A stretch of 63,068 nt of DNA from an uncultured Candidatus Saccharibacteria bacterium (lineage in GTDB: Bacteria; Patescibacteriota; Minisyncoccia; Portnoybacterales; UBA2143). The DNA lies in NCBI GenBank assembly GCA_964413015.1, contig CAYPQZ010000005.1:1-63068 (forward strand), written 5' to 3'. Positions 25,038 through 35,159 of the stretch are shown piece after piece. The notes beneath the pieces are model-generated. The model was given only the letters and a program-made list of their open reading frames with translations. It was not told where the DNA came from and ran no database searches. The position numbers and the translations under genes were made by a program. Each line of letters opens with the position of its first letter. Within the stretch, counting starts at the first letter, position 1.

Positions 25038-27539
25038 TTATTTTACTTCCATATCTGAACTGGCGGATGTTGAGGTTGCCACCGGCGGAGTAGCTAACTT
25101 CCAGCGCTCGGCAATTTCATGGTCAACCAAACTTTTCTCCCGTCCATATTCCAAACGGGATAATTCTTTGATAACCCTGGAGTTTTCCGAATTTCCCTGT
25201 TCCGGCGGCTCAGTCATCAGATTAAACGGTTGAGAGGTCTCGTTGTTAACCATCAATTTAATATAGGCGTTAAAATTATCAACGTTAATCAGGTCCTGTT
25301 TATTAAAAACCGGCTCAAACTGCTTAACCAAAAATTCGGCATCTTCGGCCCCGACTCGGAAGCTTGCCATTGAACCGACGTTGCCAAAGACCGCCTTTTG
25401 AATTTCCTCGGTAAGCTGGCCGATAAACTGATGAGCAATAGTCAGGCAGAGATGATACTTGCGCGCTTCGGAAAGAATCGTGGCAATACTGTTAGTGGCA
25501 AAATTCTGGAACTCGTCCATATAGAGGTAGAAATCATTGCGCTCTTCTTCCGGCAAATCAACCCTGGAAAAGCTGGCCATTAAGATTTTGCCGGTAACAA
25601 TCAACCCCAGCAAAGCGCTGTTGATATCCCCTAGCCGCCCCTTGCTTAAATTAACCAACAATATCTTTCGTTCGTCCATAATCTGTCGGAAATTAAGCGA
25701 GGTCTCCGACTGACCGATTATCGGCCGCATATAGTCATTGGCGATAAAAACGTTGAATTTGGAAGTGATGTACGGAACGATATTTTGCAAAGCCGCCTCG
25801 CCGCCTGCTTTTTCGGCTTCTTTTTCCCAAAAATCTCTGACCACGATATTCTGGCATTTAGTTAACAATCTTTTTCTGAATTCTGCGTCCGCCATCACTT
25901 TAGGGACCTCCATTAAAGTAAACTTCTTGCTTGGGTCATCCATTAACAGTAAAAGCGCGTTGCGGGTATACTGTTCAAACATCGGCCCGCCGGTTTGCTT
26001 TAAATCATAGAGCTTGTCAAAAATGCTCATTAGTTCATTAACCGCAAAAGTTTTTTGCTCCGGATAATTGACGTCGTAATCAAGCATATTTAAACCAAGC
26101 GGCCTCTCTAAATCAGCCGGATTCAGGACCATTACATCTTTAGTCCGTTCTTCGGGAATCACTCTGAGAATTCTTTCAACCAAATCCCCGTGCGGATCTA
26201 AAAGCCCGACTCCATGGCCTTTCTGAATGTCCTGAATAACCAAATTGCCTAGAAAGACCGACTTGCCGGTGCCAGTTTGCCCAATAACGTAAAGATGGCG
26301 CCGCCGATCGCTGTCTTGCGCGTAAATTTTTGTTTCTACCCCCCGATAGAGATTCCTGCCCAGAACTATCCCATGTTTAGGCATACTCGCCGGCGGAGCA
26401 GCCGATTTCGCTTTAAGGAATTTGACATTCGGCGTTTCAATTGAGCTGGTTGGGAAATGGAATAAACTGGTCAGCTCTTCAGTCCCCAAAAGCATTTTCT
26501 GGTTTCTGTTGAAAAGCCGGAAAGAAAAATTGTAAATTAACTTTTTTAAAGCTCGCCTTTTGATCCGGACTGATTTTAATTGATTCAAATTAGCCGAACT
26601 GAACTGAGTAAAAGCTCCTTCCAAATGGCCTAACAGTTGGTCGGCCCGCTCTTGGCTATCAGCCGAAACCAGTAATCTCACATTAACATCATAACCGGCC
26701 TTGCTGGCCTTATTGTCTATGGCTCTAATAACTTCTTCCTGCCCCGGAGTAATTGCCGAATTCTTATTTTCCAATTCCTGCTCTTTTTTCTGAAATGATT
26801 TAGATCCCCTTTTTAGACTTTTGATTATTTTACTCAAAGCATTGCCGCCGACAGCTGATCGGGCTTGATAAAAACTCTTGCCCCTTTGCATCTCTTTGGC
26901 AATTTCATGGCTTTGCTTTTGCCAGCTTGATAAAGTCGGGCGAAAAGCAATTTGAATAGCCGCGCCTTCGCCGGTCTCTTTAAGCTTGCTTAAAGTATTG
27001 GCAATCTCATTGAGAGGATCGGTTTCCAGCTCCTGATAAGTTTTAAAAGGCAAATGGTATGTCTTGGCCAGCTTTAAATAGGCGCCGGCAGACGCGCCTT
27101 GGGCATTGAAAATATTGTAGTCCTCCGCTTTTGAAATTGAGGCCTCCGGATAAAAACCATGAATCTGCTTTTCAACCACGCTCTCATAACGGCTAGGCAA
27201 GGCCAGGTAGAAAGCGATTTCTTCGCCTTGTTCAGGAGTGGCGATTTCAAAAACCAGATGAGGCTGGCCATAAATAAAAACATCCTTAGTTTCCTTAATG
27301 TTGCTAAAACTGCTGTAAAGCTGTTCCATCGCTGAAATGATTTCCTTAGCGCTTTTAGGCGCTTCGCTTTCTTCCTTTTTAACTTTCTTGGGCAGAGAAA
27401 TTAAAAATAGGCTCATATTTAAAGCCCTGGTTATCCGCCCTCTATTCTTAACCCGACGGATAAAAATCAACCCGCCGACAATAATAATCGCCGGAGCCAG
27501 CAAAACAAGTACCAATAAAAAAATTTGATTAAAGGTCAT
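25038..27539 (-). CDS. VirD4/TraD/TraG-like coupling-protein-type P-loop ATPase with N-terminal membrane anchor
   Basis: 833 aa. Walker A ..YVIGQTGTGKSVFL.., ..LLDPHGDL.., Walker B ..LYMDEFQNFAT.., ..LTIAHQFIGQL.. Confidence 0.7.
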   Translation of the reverse strand: MTFNQIFLLVLVLLAPAIIIVGGLIFIRRVKNRGRITRALNMSLFLISLPKKVKKEESEAPKSAKEIISAMEQLYSSFSNIKETKDVFIYGQPHLVFEIATPEQGEEIAFYLALPSRYESVVEKQIHGFYPEASISKAEDYNIFNAQGASAGAYLKLAKTYHLPFKTYQELETDPLNEIANTLSKLKETGEGAAIQIAFRPTLSSWQKQSHEIAKEMQRGKSFYQARSAVGGNALSKIIKSLKRGSKSFQKKEQELENKNSAITPGQEEVIRAIDNKASKAGYDVNVRLLVSADSQERADQLLGHLEGAFTQFSSANLNQLKSVRIKRRALKKLIYNFSFRLFNRNQKMLLGTEELTSLFHFPTSSIETPNVKFLKAKSAAPPASMPKHGIVLGRNLYRGVETKIYAQDSDRRRHLYVIGQTGTGKSVFLGNLVIQDIQKGHGVGLLDPHGDLVERILRVIPEERTKDVMVLNPADLERPLGLNMLDYDVNYPEQKTFAVNELMSIFDKLYDLKQTGGPMFEQYTRNALLLLMDDPSKKFTLMEVPKVMADAEFRKRLLTKCQNIVVRDFWEKEAEKAGGEAALQNIVPYITSKFNVFIANDYMRPIIGQSETSLNFRQIMDERKILLVNLSKGRLGDINSALLGLIVTGKILMASFSRVDLPEEERNDFYLYMDEFQNFATNSIATILSEARKYHLCLTIAHQFIGQLTEEIQKAVFGNVGSMASFRVGAEDAEFLVKQFEPVFNKQDLINVDNFNAYIKLMVNNETSQPFNLMTEPPEQGNSENSRVIKELSRLEYGREKSLVDHEIAERWKLATPPVATSTSASSDMEVK

Positions 27540-27576
27540 AAAAAATTTTGAATTGAAGCCATTAAAGGCCGGTTAC

Positions 27577-28014
27577 TCATAATTTCTTTAACTCGCCCTT
27601 TTCAACCAATTTTTCTTTCAACTCATCAATCAAAGTGTCATGGAGCTCGTCTAAAACATAAGCGTTATCTAGATTTTTAGCCACCTCAATGGAAAAATTT
27701 AATCCTTCTTCAAAAGCCAATTGGCAGAGCTTTTTAACCTGATTTTGACGGTCCAGTTTTCCTAATTCCTCAATCTCTTTTTTAATTTTTCCGGAAGTCG
27801 GCGGCGCTGAAGGCGGAGTCGGCGGCGAAGGATGAGCCAAAGAACTGCTTGGCTCTTTTTCAGCTTTAAAAACCTCCTGTTTTCCCAAAGCAGGTTCTTT
27901 TTCTCTGTCTAACGGCTCATCTGGAGATTCAGCCGGAGTTTCAGGTATTTTGGGAACCTCGGGCGTTTCAATATCTCCAACCGGTTTTTCGTACTTATTA
28001 TGTTCTTCAGGCAT
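27577..28014 (-). CDS. Hypothetical protein, Pro/Glu-rich N-terminus and helical C-terminus
   Basis: 145-aa ORF in an operon-like array. No motif recognised. Confidence 0.45.
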   Translation of the reverse strand: MPEEHNKYEKPVGDIETPEVPKIPETPAESPDEPLDREKEPALGKQEVFKAEKEPSSSLAHPSPPTPPSAPPTSGKIKKEIEELGKLDRQNQVKKLCQLAFEEGLNFSIEVAKNLDNAYVLDELHDTLIDELKEKLVEKGELKKL

Positions 28015-28019
28015 ATTAA

Positions 28020-28355
28020 TTACTCCATCTTCTCCGCTTCGGTCATCATTTCTTCTTTAACCGCAAGAATCTCTTTGTTCATCAACTCTTCAAAATTAGG
28101 GACTTTTTCAGCAACAAAATTGTTGGTTTTATCCGAATCGCCGGTGTCAATCAATTTTTCCAATTCCGCTTGGTCTTCTTCAGAAAGCTCTCCCATTACT
28201 TTAACCATAGTCCGTTTAAAAACCAGGTCGGTAATTTTTTCCAATAACTGGATTTTTTTCTCTTGAGAAAGCGCTTCTAATCCTAAAAGAGAAATGATGT
28301 TTTTTTGAAGCAGTTCTTTGTTCATAGAAACTTTATTCCCAGCCCAGAAAGCCAA
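28020..28355 (-). CDS. Hypothetical small helical protein (DUF5663-like, uncertain)
   Basis: 111-aa ORF, 5 nt upstream of the next gene. Confidence 0.45.
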   Translation of the reverse strand: MAFWAGNKVSMNKELLQKNIISLLGLEALSQEKKIQLLEKITDLVFKRTMVKVMGELSEEDQAELEKLIDTGDSDKTNNFVAEKVPNFEELMNKEILAVKEEMMTEAEKME

Positions 28356-28417
28356 TTGATTGATAATTGATTTCCCTAAAGCTTGAAAACAATTTAGTTA
28401 TTTTAAATCTATAAAAT

Positions 28418-30763
28418 CTATTTAACCCCGGCAATCTTTCCTATGGCTTCGCCTTGCCAGCATTCTTTAAGATATTCATGAACAGTTATGCTTTTATTTG
28501 CTGGATGCCAATAGAGATAATGAGTAAGCATATCTCTAAGTTTTAATTTACGCCAAAGCTCTAGATGGTCGTTGCTTTGAATCATCTCCTCGGGCGGATT
28601 CCAATAGCTATATTCCGAAACAAATTTCTGAACCGGAACATCTTTCAGGACTTCGTATTCGTCAGGACGTAAATTAAACATATCGCTGATTCTGCCTTCT
28701 ACCGCATAATCAATTCTGGCCGCTTCAGTTGTTTCTACGGCCTCTTTCCCATTTAATAAATCCGCCGCTTCGGAGTTCTCTGGCTTTGTTTCCTTTATTT
28801 TTTCCAGGGCCTCGGTTTCTGCCTGCAAATCGGTCTCTTTAACTCCGTTATCTAATTCCCAGGCATAGACATCTTCGCCGTTTGGATAAGGAATCGTCCG
28901 GTACCTGCCCCAATTAACTTTATCAACATAATCTTTTAGATTCTCCGACAATCCGGCGGCTTTGGCTCCGCCGAATTTATCTTGGGCCTCTTTTAAAACC
29001 TGTTTGATATTGTCAGTAGAAAATTCTATTTTGTCTCCGACATGTAAAACATTTTCCGCCGCTTCAGGATGCGCCTCCCGATACAAATCCCATAATCGGC
29101 CTTCGGCCCAAACTTTTTGGGTCGGATTCAGTTTGTCCAATCCGCTATCGCCAGCTTCATGAATATATTGGGTAAGCGCCTTACGCGCCTCATGAATATA
29201 TCCTTCATTGGCCTGGACTGTAGATCCAAACTTCTCCGGCAATTTTTCCGCCGCTCCTTCCATTGTTTCAGCCGCCGCATCTACGGCTTTCTCTTTTGCT
29301 TGAAACAATGCCCGCGTAGCGGATTTTTTATTTTCTTCAGCCAGAGTCATAGCTTCTTCAGAATGTCCTCCCAGATGCTCTGCTAACCGATTAATTCCAA
29401 CGCCTCCAACGAATACACCAAGGCCAACAGCGAGTACTTTTCTTACCCGAGCATTCCTTTTAACGCTTTTATCTATTTCCCCCAATTGCTTGTCAGCCGC
29501 TTTTATTAAAACATCGGCCTTTTTATTAGCTTTTTTATTCTCGCCTATTAAAAGCTCCTGATACTTATCCTTTAACTTTTGGTAATTTTCATTATCGCTT
29601 ACCTTCTCTCCTTTTAATCTGGCGCGTATCTCGTATTGAGCCATAATTTTTTCCGCCTGTTCATAATTTATTGATCCAAGTTTTTTATCAGTTAAACGTG
29701 GGTATTTTTCCCCGGCCATCCTCATAAGTTCATAAGAACCCATGCCGGTGGCAACCCCGGAATAAATCCGTTTGGCCGCCAAAGCGCTCACGCCAACCAT
29801 TGACCCTGCGCCAAGGCCAATACCGGTACCAAGCAAACCTAAGCTGACAAGAGTTCTGGCATTAAGGCCTTTGGCTAAAAATTTTCCGAATTTATTCTCT
29901 ATTTTATATCCTCTTTTTTCTAAAGTTCTATATAAACTCAATTCTTTGCCGGCCCAGTCCCAAACTTTTTTCCATTTACCTTTTTCAAATTTTTCCGCCC
30001 GTCTGTCAGCCAATTTCGTTCTTTCGTCAACGAACCTGTCCATATGTTTGCCCACATATTTAGACCGGGCTTTCTCGTATTTTTCCTTGGCTTCTTCATA
30101 TTCTTTCTTAACTTGAGCTTTTCCTTCTTTTTTGCCTTTGAATAATTTGTCCTTCAACGCAAACTCCAGATATTTCTGATACTCTTTTTCGTTGTTTATA
30201 AACTCCTCCCGCGCCGCTTTTACTTCCGGAATCTCTCCCAAAGAAATCACGTCTTTTAATTCTATTACTTCCTCTTCTGGTTTTTTCGGCTTTATTTCTT
30301 TCTCCGGCTCGGCATCTTTTTTTTTCTTTTCTTCTTGACTTCTTTCCATCTCTTCCCTAGCGCCTAATTTTAACTTTTCTGATAAGGGCTTTTTTCCTGA
30401 TCCGGACCTTTTTCCTGGATCAGGTTTCTTTTCCGGACCAGTTCCCCTTTTTGAGCCAAAGGATGTTCCGGTAATTTGTTCCCATCGTTCCTCCATTTCC
30501 TTTTCTTCCGCCTGATCTTTCGTCTGCCGGCGAACTTCTTCAGCGGCCGCCTCCATTTGAAGGTCTTCTTCTTCTTTCAGCCCCTCCTCTTTTTTCTTGT
30601 CTGCATAAAGTTCCGCCTGAGCGATTTCTTCATCTAAAGCTTTCTCCGATTCTGAAATATCTCTTTTTTCTTTTGCCTGCCTTTCTAATTCTTCTTTCAT
30701 TTCTTCTGCCTCTTCCTTTCTTGCAGCTCCTCCTTGAGAAAACGACTCAAATTTATTAGACAT
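28418..30763 (-). CDS. Large hypothetical protein: highly charged coiled-coil N-terminus, central Gly-rich TM segments, globular C-terminus
   Basis: 781-aa ORF with E/K-rich low-complexity sequence and ..LVSLGLLGTGIGLGAGSMVGVSALAA.. TM region. Confidence 0.55.
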   Translation of the reverse strand: MSNKFESFSQGGAARKEEAEEMKEELERQAKEKRDISESEKALDEEIAQAELYADKKKEEGLKEEEDLQMEAAAEEVRRQTKDQAEEKEMEERWEQITGTSFGSKRGTGPEKKPDPGKRSGSGKKPLSEKLKLGAREEMERSQEEKKKKDAEPEKEIKPKKPEEEVIELKDVISLGEIPEVKAAREEFINNEKEYQKYLEFALKDKLFKGKKEGKAQVKKEYEEAKEKYEKARSKYVGKHMDRFVDERTKLADRRAEKFEKGKWKKVWDWAGKELSLYRTLEKRGYKIENKFGKFLAKGLNARTLVSLGLLGTGIGLGAGSMVGVSALAAKRIYSGVATGMGSYELMRMAGEKYPRLTDKKLGSINYEQAEKIMAQYEIRARLKGEKVSDNENYQKLKDKYQELLIGENKKANKKADVLIKAADKQLGEIDKSVKRNARVRKVLAVGLGVFVGGVGINRLAEHLGGHSEEAMTLAEENKKSATRALFQAKEKAVDAAAETMEGAAEKLPEKFGSTVQANEGYIHEARKALTQYIHEAGDSGLDKLNPTQKVWAEGRLWDLYREAHPEAAENVLHVGDKIEFSTDNIKQVLKEAQDKFGGAKAAGLSENLKDYVDKVNWGRYRTIPYPNGEDVYAWELDNGVKETDLQAETEALEKIKETKPENSEAADLLNGKEAVETTEAARIDYAVEGRISDMFNLRPDEYEVLKDVPVQKFVSEYSYWNPPEEMIQSNDHLELWRKLKLRDMLTHYLYWHPANKSITVHEYLKECWQGEAIGKIAGVK

Positions 30764-30998
30764 ATTATTGCCTCCTTTCTTTTTATTTTACCACAGGAAT
30801 AAATTAATAAGAATACTCATCAACGGTCAGGCTGCAGCCGTCATTGCATAAAAAATTAGCCGCCAAAGTCTTTTCTCCAAGTAAAAGATAATTGGCGGCG
30901 TAAATCGGCCCTAAAATGAGTAAAAATGTTTTCCCCATATCCATATATTGATTATATCCTTTATAGCGTGTTAAAATCAATAAAGGATATTCACATTT

Positions 30999-32885
30999 AT
31001 GAAAATTAAGCGCCAATCAGCCAATTTTATAGCCGCCGGCCTGCTTTTTTTAATGTTCGGCCTGGCTTTTTCCACTCTTCAGTATGAATCTTTGACTATG
31101 GATGAATTAGCCCATACGCCTGCCGGCTATTCGTACATAACCCAGCAGGACATGCGCTTAAATCCGGAACATCCGCCGTTATTAAAAGACGCCGCCGGAA
31201 TGTCTGTCTGGCTGGGAGAAAAATTTACCGGACGGACAATCGTTTTCCCAACAGAACACCAGAGCTGGCAAACAGACCTTAACGGCCAATGGGATTTTGG
31301 CAGAGAGCTCCTTTATCGGTCCGGCAATGACGCCGATCAAATGATCTTCTGGTCGCGTCTGCCTATGCTTTTGCTCATGCTTCTGCTAGGTTTTTATGTC
31401 TTTAAATGGGCCCGCGAATTGTACGGCAACAAAGCTGGGCTGATAGCGCTTTTCCTTTACTCCTTATCGCCAACTTTTATAGCCCACGGCCGCCTGGTAA
31501 CCACTGATGTGGGCGCGGCCGCGGCCTTTTTTATTGCCGCTTATTATTTAATTAAATGGCTCAAAGAACCAAGTAAAAAAAACTTAATCATTGCCGGATT
31601 GGTTCTTGGTCTGGCCCTATTAACTAAGTTTTCTTTGGCTTTAATAATTCCCTATTTTATATTTTTAGTAATTGTTTGGATTGTATCTGCTGTAATCAAA
31701 GGCAGTCCTAAAAATAACGTCCTTGCGCACAAGAACATCATTTTAAGGACTGTCCTTGGACTCTTCCTTATTGGCCTAATCGCCATGGCGCTGGTCTGGC
31801 CTGTTTATCTATTCCATACTTGGGAATATCCGGTAGAAAAGCAATTGAGCGACGCCCAGACAAACCTCCAGACCTTTGGCAAAAGATGGCTGGCCGACCC
31901 AGTCATCTGGCTCTCTGACAAGCCATTGCTCCGCCCTTACGGCCAATTCTTTCTAGGCCTTCTAATGGTTATCCAGAGAGCGGCCGGCGGGAACACTACA
32001 TATTTCCTGGGAGAAATTTCCAAAATCGCCTGGCTTCATTATTTCCCCGTCGTCTTTTTAATCAAAGTCCCCCTGCCTCTGTTAATTCTCGCCTTAATCG
32101 CTTTAGGTTCAATCTTTGGCATCACTCTAAGAAAAAATAAAAAAAGTAAAAGGTTATTCGTCTGCATTTTATCATTCGTTAAAAAATATTTTACTGAAAT
32201 CGCTATGTTGGCTTTCTTGGCTATTTACTGGATAACTAGTATTAGAAGCAACTTAAATATTGGCGTCAGACACATCCTGCCGACTTTCCCCTTTCTTTAT
32301 GTTTTAATAAGCGGACAGATTGCAAAATGGCTGCGGCCGCCAATAGGACCGGTTTTAGAAAAGATAAAGGTTAATTCAACCGGTGTTATAAAATCAACCA
32401 GAATGATTCTCTCTTTTTACTCCCAAACCGCTATTAAGGCCTTCCTGATTATTATCCTGCTTGGCTGGTACGCTTATTCGGCCATTCTGATATATCCACA
32501 TTTTATCGCTTATTTCAACGAATCAGTCGGCGGTCCTAGCCAAGGATACAAGTACGTGACTGATTCCAATCTTGATTGGGGCCAGGATCTGAAACGACTA
32601 ACTGAATTTTGCGAAGAAAAAAATATCTCGACGATTTACGTTGACTATTTTGGCGGCGACTCGCTGGAGTATCGCCTAGAAGACAAATTTCGTCCATGGT
32701 GGGGCGAACGCGACCCAGATGAACTGCCTCCCAATAGCTGGCTGGCTGTCTCGGCAACCATGCTTCAGGGCGGTCGAGGCATGCCCGATGCCGAATACAA
32801 TGAAAAAACCGGCTACTATAACTGGCTGAACCAATACGAGCCGGTTACTGTCATCGGCCATTCCATTTTTGTTTATCACTTGTAA
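30999..32885 (+). CDS. Glycosyltransferase family 39 (ArnT/PMT-like, lipid-carrier dependent)
   Basis: 628 aa, polytopic, N-terminal ..SLTMDELAHTPAGYSY.. loop with the DE motif. Confidence 0.8.
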   Translation: MKIKRQSANFIAAGLLFLMFGLAFSTLQYESLTMDELAHTPAGYSYITQQDMRLNPEHPPLLKDAAGMSVWLGEKFTGRTIVFPTEHQSWQTDLNGQWDFGRELLYRSGNDADQMIFWSRLPMLLLMLLLGFYVFKWARELYGNKAGLIALFLYSLSPTFIAHGRLVTTDVGAAAAFFIAAYYLIKWLKEPSKKNLIIAGLVLGLALLTKFSLALIIPYFIFLVIVWIVSAVIKGSPKNNVLAHKNIILRTVLGLFLIGLIAMALVWPVYLFHTWEYPVEKQLSDAQTNLQTFGKRWLADPVIWLSDKPLLRPYGQFFLGLLMVIQRAAGGNTTYFLGEISKIAWLHYFPVVFLIKVPLPLLILALIALGSIFGITLRKNKKSKRLFVCILSFVKKYFTEIAMLAFLAIYWITSIRSNLNIGVRHILPTFPFLYVLISGQIAKWLRPPIGPVLEKIKVNSTGVIKSTRMILSFYSQTAIKAFLIIILLGWYAYSAILIYPHFIAYFNESVGGPSQGYKYVTDSNLDWGQDLKRLTEFCEEKNISTIYVDYFGGDSLEYRLEDKFRPWWGERDPDELPPNSWLAVSATMLQGGRGMPDAEYNEKTGYYNWLNQYEPVTVIGHSIFVYHL

Positions 32886-33721
32886 TAGACTCTCCCTTCT
32901 ATTCTCAAGTCAACATATTCCAAAGAATCGGTTTTCCCAATTTCTTCTTCCAGAACCATTTCCAGCGTCCTTAGCTGGGATTCTGCAGAATAGCTTGGAT
33001 TAAGATGAACCCGCCAACCGGATAATAAATTTGCTCTTAAATCCTCTGTCGAAATAATTTCAAAATCGTTTGATTTTAACGGCTGTCCCGAAGCCGTTTT
33101 TATTTCGGGCAATCTTTCTCTGACGTCCAAAATAAAGTCCATCATTTCCAAAGCAACTACCTGCTCCCGCAATCCGACTTGTTTGTTTTCAGAGCTGTAA
33201 ATATTTAAAATCAGGCTTCCTTTAATCAAGACAGTCTCCTTAAAGATAATTCCTTCTTTATCAATACGGAAACACCGGCTAATTTTTCTATCGCTTTTAA
33301 CCGCAAACTCTTCCTCTGTCGAAGTAGCGACTGTCTCCGATTCCACTTCCTCAATTTGGCACCAAATACCAGCCGGGTCCCTTTTAACTATCTCTACTTC
33401 CAAAATGTTAGGCAGTTTTTTTTGGATAATAACTTCTTTAATTTCAGGGAAAGCGTTAAGTATGTCATTCTTTATTTCTTCAACTGGCACCAAAAAAATA
33501 CTTTTTTGCGGGATGACTCCTAAGAGCTTTTCTTCCAAATTCTTCTGTACAATTTCTTCCGTAAAAATGTTAGATTCTAAGGGTCTAACATCTATTTCCT
33601 TTATCCAAAAAGCATCAGACCAAACAGCAAAATAGACTGCCGCGCCCAGCAAACAAAAAAACAGGCCGGCGAACAGCGCCAGCTTGAGAGGGCTTCTTTT
33701 TTTGTACTGATTTTTTTTCAT
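32876..33721 (-). CDS. ftsQ: FtsQ-like cell-division protein (TM anchor + POTRA)
   Basis: 281 aa, TM anchor, then ..IKEIDVRPLESNIFTEEIV..IFLVPVEEIKNDILNAFPEIKEVIIQKKLPNILEVEIVKR.. Confidence 0.6.
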   Translation of the reverse strand: MKKNQYKKRSPLKLALFAGLFFCLLGAAVYFAVWSDAFWIKEIDVRPLESNIFTEEIVQKNLEEKLLGVIPQKSIFLVPVEEIKNDILNAFPEIKEVIIQKKLPNILEVEIVKRDPAGIWCQIEEVESETVATSTEEEFAVKSDRKISRCFRIDKEGIIFKETVLIKGSLILNIYSSENKQVGLREQVVALEMMDFILDVRERLPEIKTASGQPLKSNDFEIISTEDLRANLLSGWRVHLNPSYSAESQLRTLEMVLEEEIGKTDSLEYVDLRIEGRVYYK

Positions 33722-33743
33722 TGTTGCCGATTAAAGCCAATTG

Positions 33744-33807
33744 AAGGACAGTCCTTAAAATGATGTCCCTTGAGCACAAGGGCGTCATTTTAAAGACTGT
33801 TCTTATC
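33744..33807 (-). repeat. R5 long-hairpin repeat (AAGGACAGTCCTTAAAATGATGTCCCTTG-AGCA-CAAGGGCGTCATTTTAAAGACTGTTCT), copy 1, plus a truncated R6 tail to 33865
   Basis: Near-identical to 40884-40947 and 50164-50227. Imperfect stem of about 25 bp. Confidence 0.8.
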
Positions 33808-33877
33808 AGTTTGCCTTATCAGTTTCCCTTTGTCAAAATTCAAGGAGTCGTCCTTTCCTTTATTATTTTTCCTTTAA

Positions 33878-35149
33878 CTATCCAATCCTCTTAATGCCGC
33901 CCATATATTTCTGCAAAGCTTCTGGAACCCTAATGCTTCCGTCTTTCTGCTGGTAATTTTCAATAATCGCAATCAATATTCGGCCAATGGCCATGGCTGT
34001 TGCGTCATTCATATAAGCAAATTCTAATCGGCCATCTTTCCGCCTAATTCTGGTATTGAGCCGCCGCGCCTGATAATCAGTCATATAATCAGAGGTATGG
34101 GTCTCCCGATAAGCATTTTGGCCTGGCATCCAACATTCAATATCAATCTGGCGATAATCTGGCCCCCCCATATCACCCGTACAAAGAATAACCACTTGAT
34201 AAGGAATCTCCAGCTGCTGAACTAAATATTCTTGAACCGCCACAATTAAATCTTGTTCTGTTTGGCCATACTCGGGCTGAATAAAAGTTTCCATTTCAGC
34301 TTTATCAAATTGATGCCTCCTCAGAATCCCAGCTGTATCTTTGCCATAAGCCCCGGCTTCTCGACGAAAAGCAGTTGAATAACCAATATATCTGATGGGC
34401 AAGTCTTTTTCATCAATAATTTCATCGAGATGCAAAGGCCCGAGCGTATGTTCCGCGCTGCCGATTAATAAAGAATCGTCTTGCTCCAGATAATACCGGT
34501 CTTCAATCGGATCAAATCGATCCATTTTTTTCATCACTTTTGCCTTGGCAATGACTGGCGGTAAAACAGGAATAAAGGGTTTATCGAAAGGGTTTTTAAC
34601 CTTTTTAGCCAGCTGACTGATTATTTTTCTATTAGTTAAAGTTTCAAAGACAAACTGGATAATGGCAAACTGTGCCAAAACCGCTTGATTGAATAAATAA
34701 TTAAAGCGGGTGCCAGAAATCTTAGCTGACTTTTCCGTATCAATCAGATTCAAGGCTATGCCTAATTCCATATGGTTTTTGGACTTGAAATCAAACTCGG
34801 TCGGTTCTTTGAATTTCCGCAAAACTTTATTATCTGACTCATCTTTGCCTTCAGGCACATCGTTAGCAATTAGATTAGGCACTTCGATAAGCCGTTTATT
34901 TAATCCCTCTTCTGCTTGTCTTAATTCTGGCTCAAGCTTTTTTATTTTATCTTTTAATTCTTTGGCTTTATCCTGCTGGTCTTTGCCCAATTTCTTTTGC
35001 TCAGCTTTCAAGCTTTCGGTTTCCTGAAGTAACTCCCTCCTTTGTTTGTCTAATTCCAAAATCCGGTCAACTTGGCAATTTGACCCGCGCTTTTGACAAT
35101 TTTCCTTAATTTTATCAGGATTCTCCCGAATGTATTTTATATCTAACAT
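33878..35149 (-). CDS. serS: Seryl-tRNA synthetase
   Basis: 423 aa, N-terminal coiled-coil arm, class II motifs ..FRREAG.., ..TLNGTA-like MNDATAMAIGR.. Confidence 0.9.
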   Translation of the reverse strand: MLDIKYIRENPDKIKENCQKRGSNCQVDRILELDKQRRELLQETESLKAEQKKLGKDQQDKAKELKDKIKKLEPELRQAEEGLNKRLIEVPNLIANDVPEGKDESDNKVLRKFKEPTEFDFKSKNHMELGIALNLIDTEKSAKISGTRFNYLFNQAVLAQFAIIQFVFETLTNRKIISQLAKKVKNPFDKPFIPVLPPVIAKAKVMKKMDRFDPIEDRYYLEQDDSLLIGSAEHTLGPLHLDEIIDEKDLPIRYIGYSTAFRREAGAYGKDTAGILRRHQFDKAEMETFIQPEYGQTEQDLIVAVQEYLVQQLEIPYQVVILCTGDMGGPDYRQIDIECWMPGQNAYRETHTSDYMTDYQARRLNTRIRRKDGRLEFAYMNDATAMAIGRILIAIIENYQQKDGSIRVPEALQKYMGGIKRIG

Positions 35150-35159
35150 AAAAGTAATT

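Noticed and set aside
30804-31016. 70-aa minus-strand ORF between the 781-aa protein gene and the GT39 gene
   Set aside because: It overlaps the GT39 start, has no SD and no recognisable features. It lies in what is probably the divergent promoter region.
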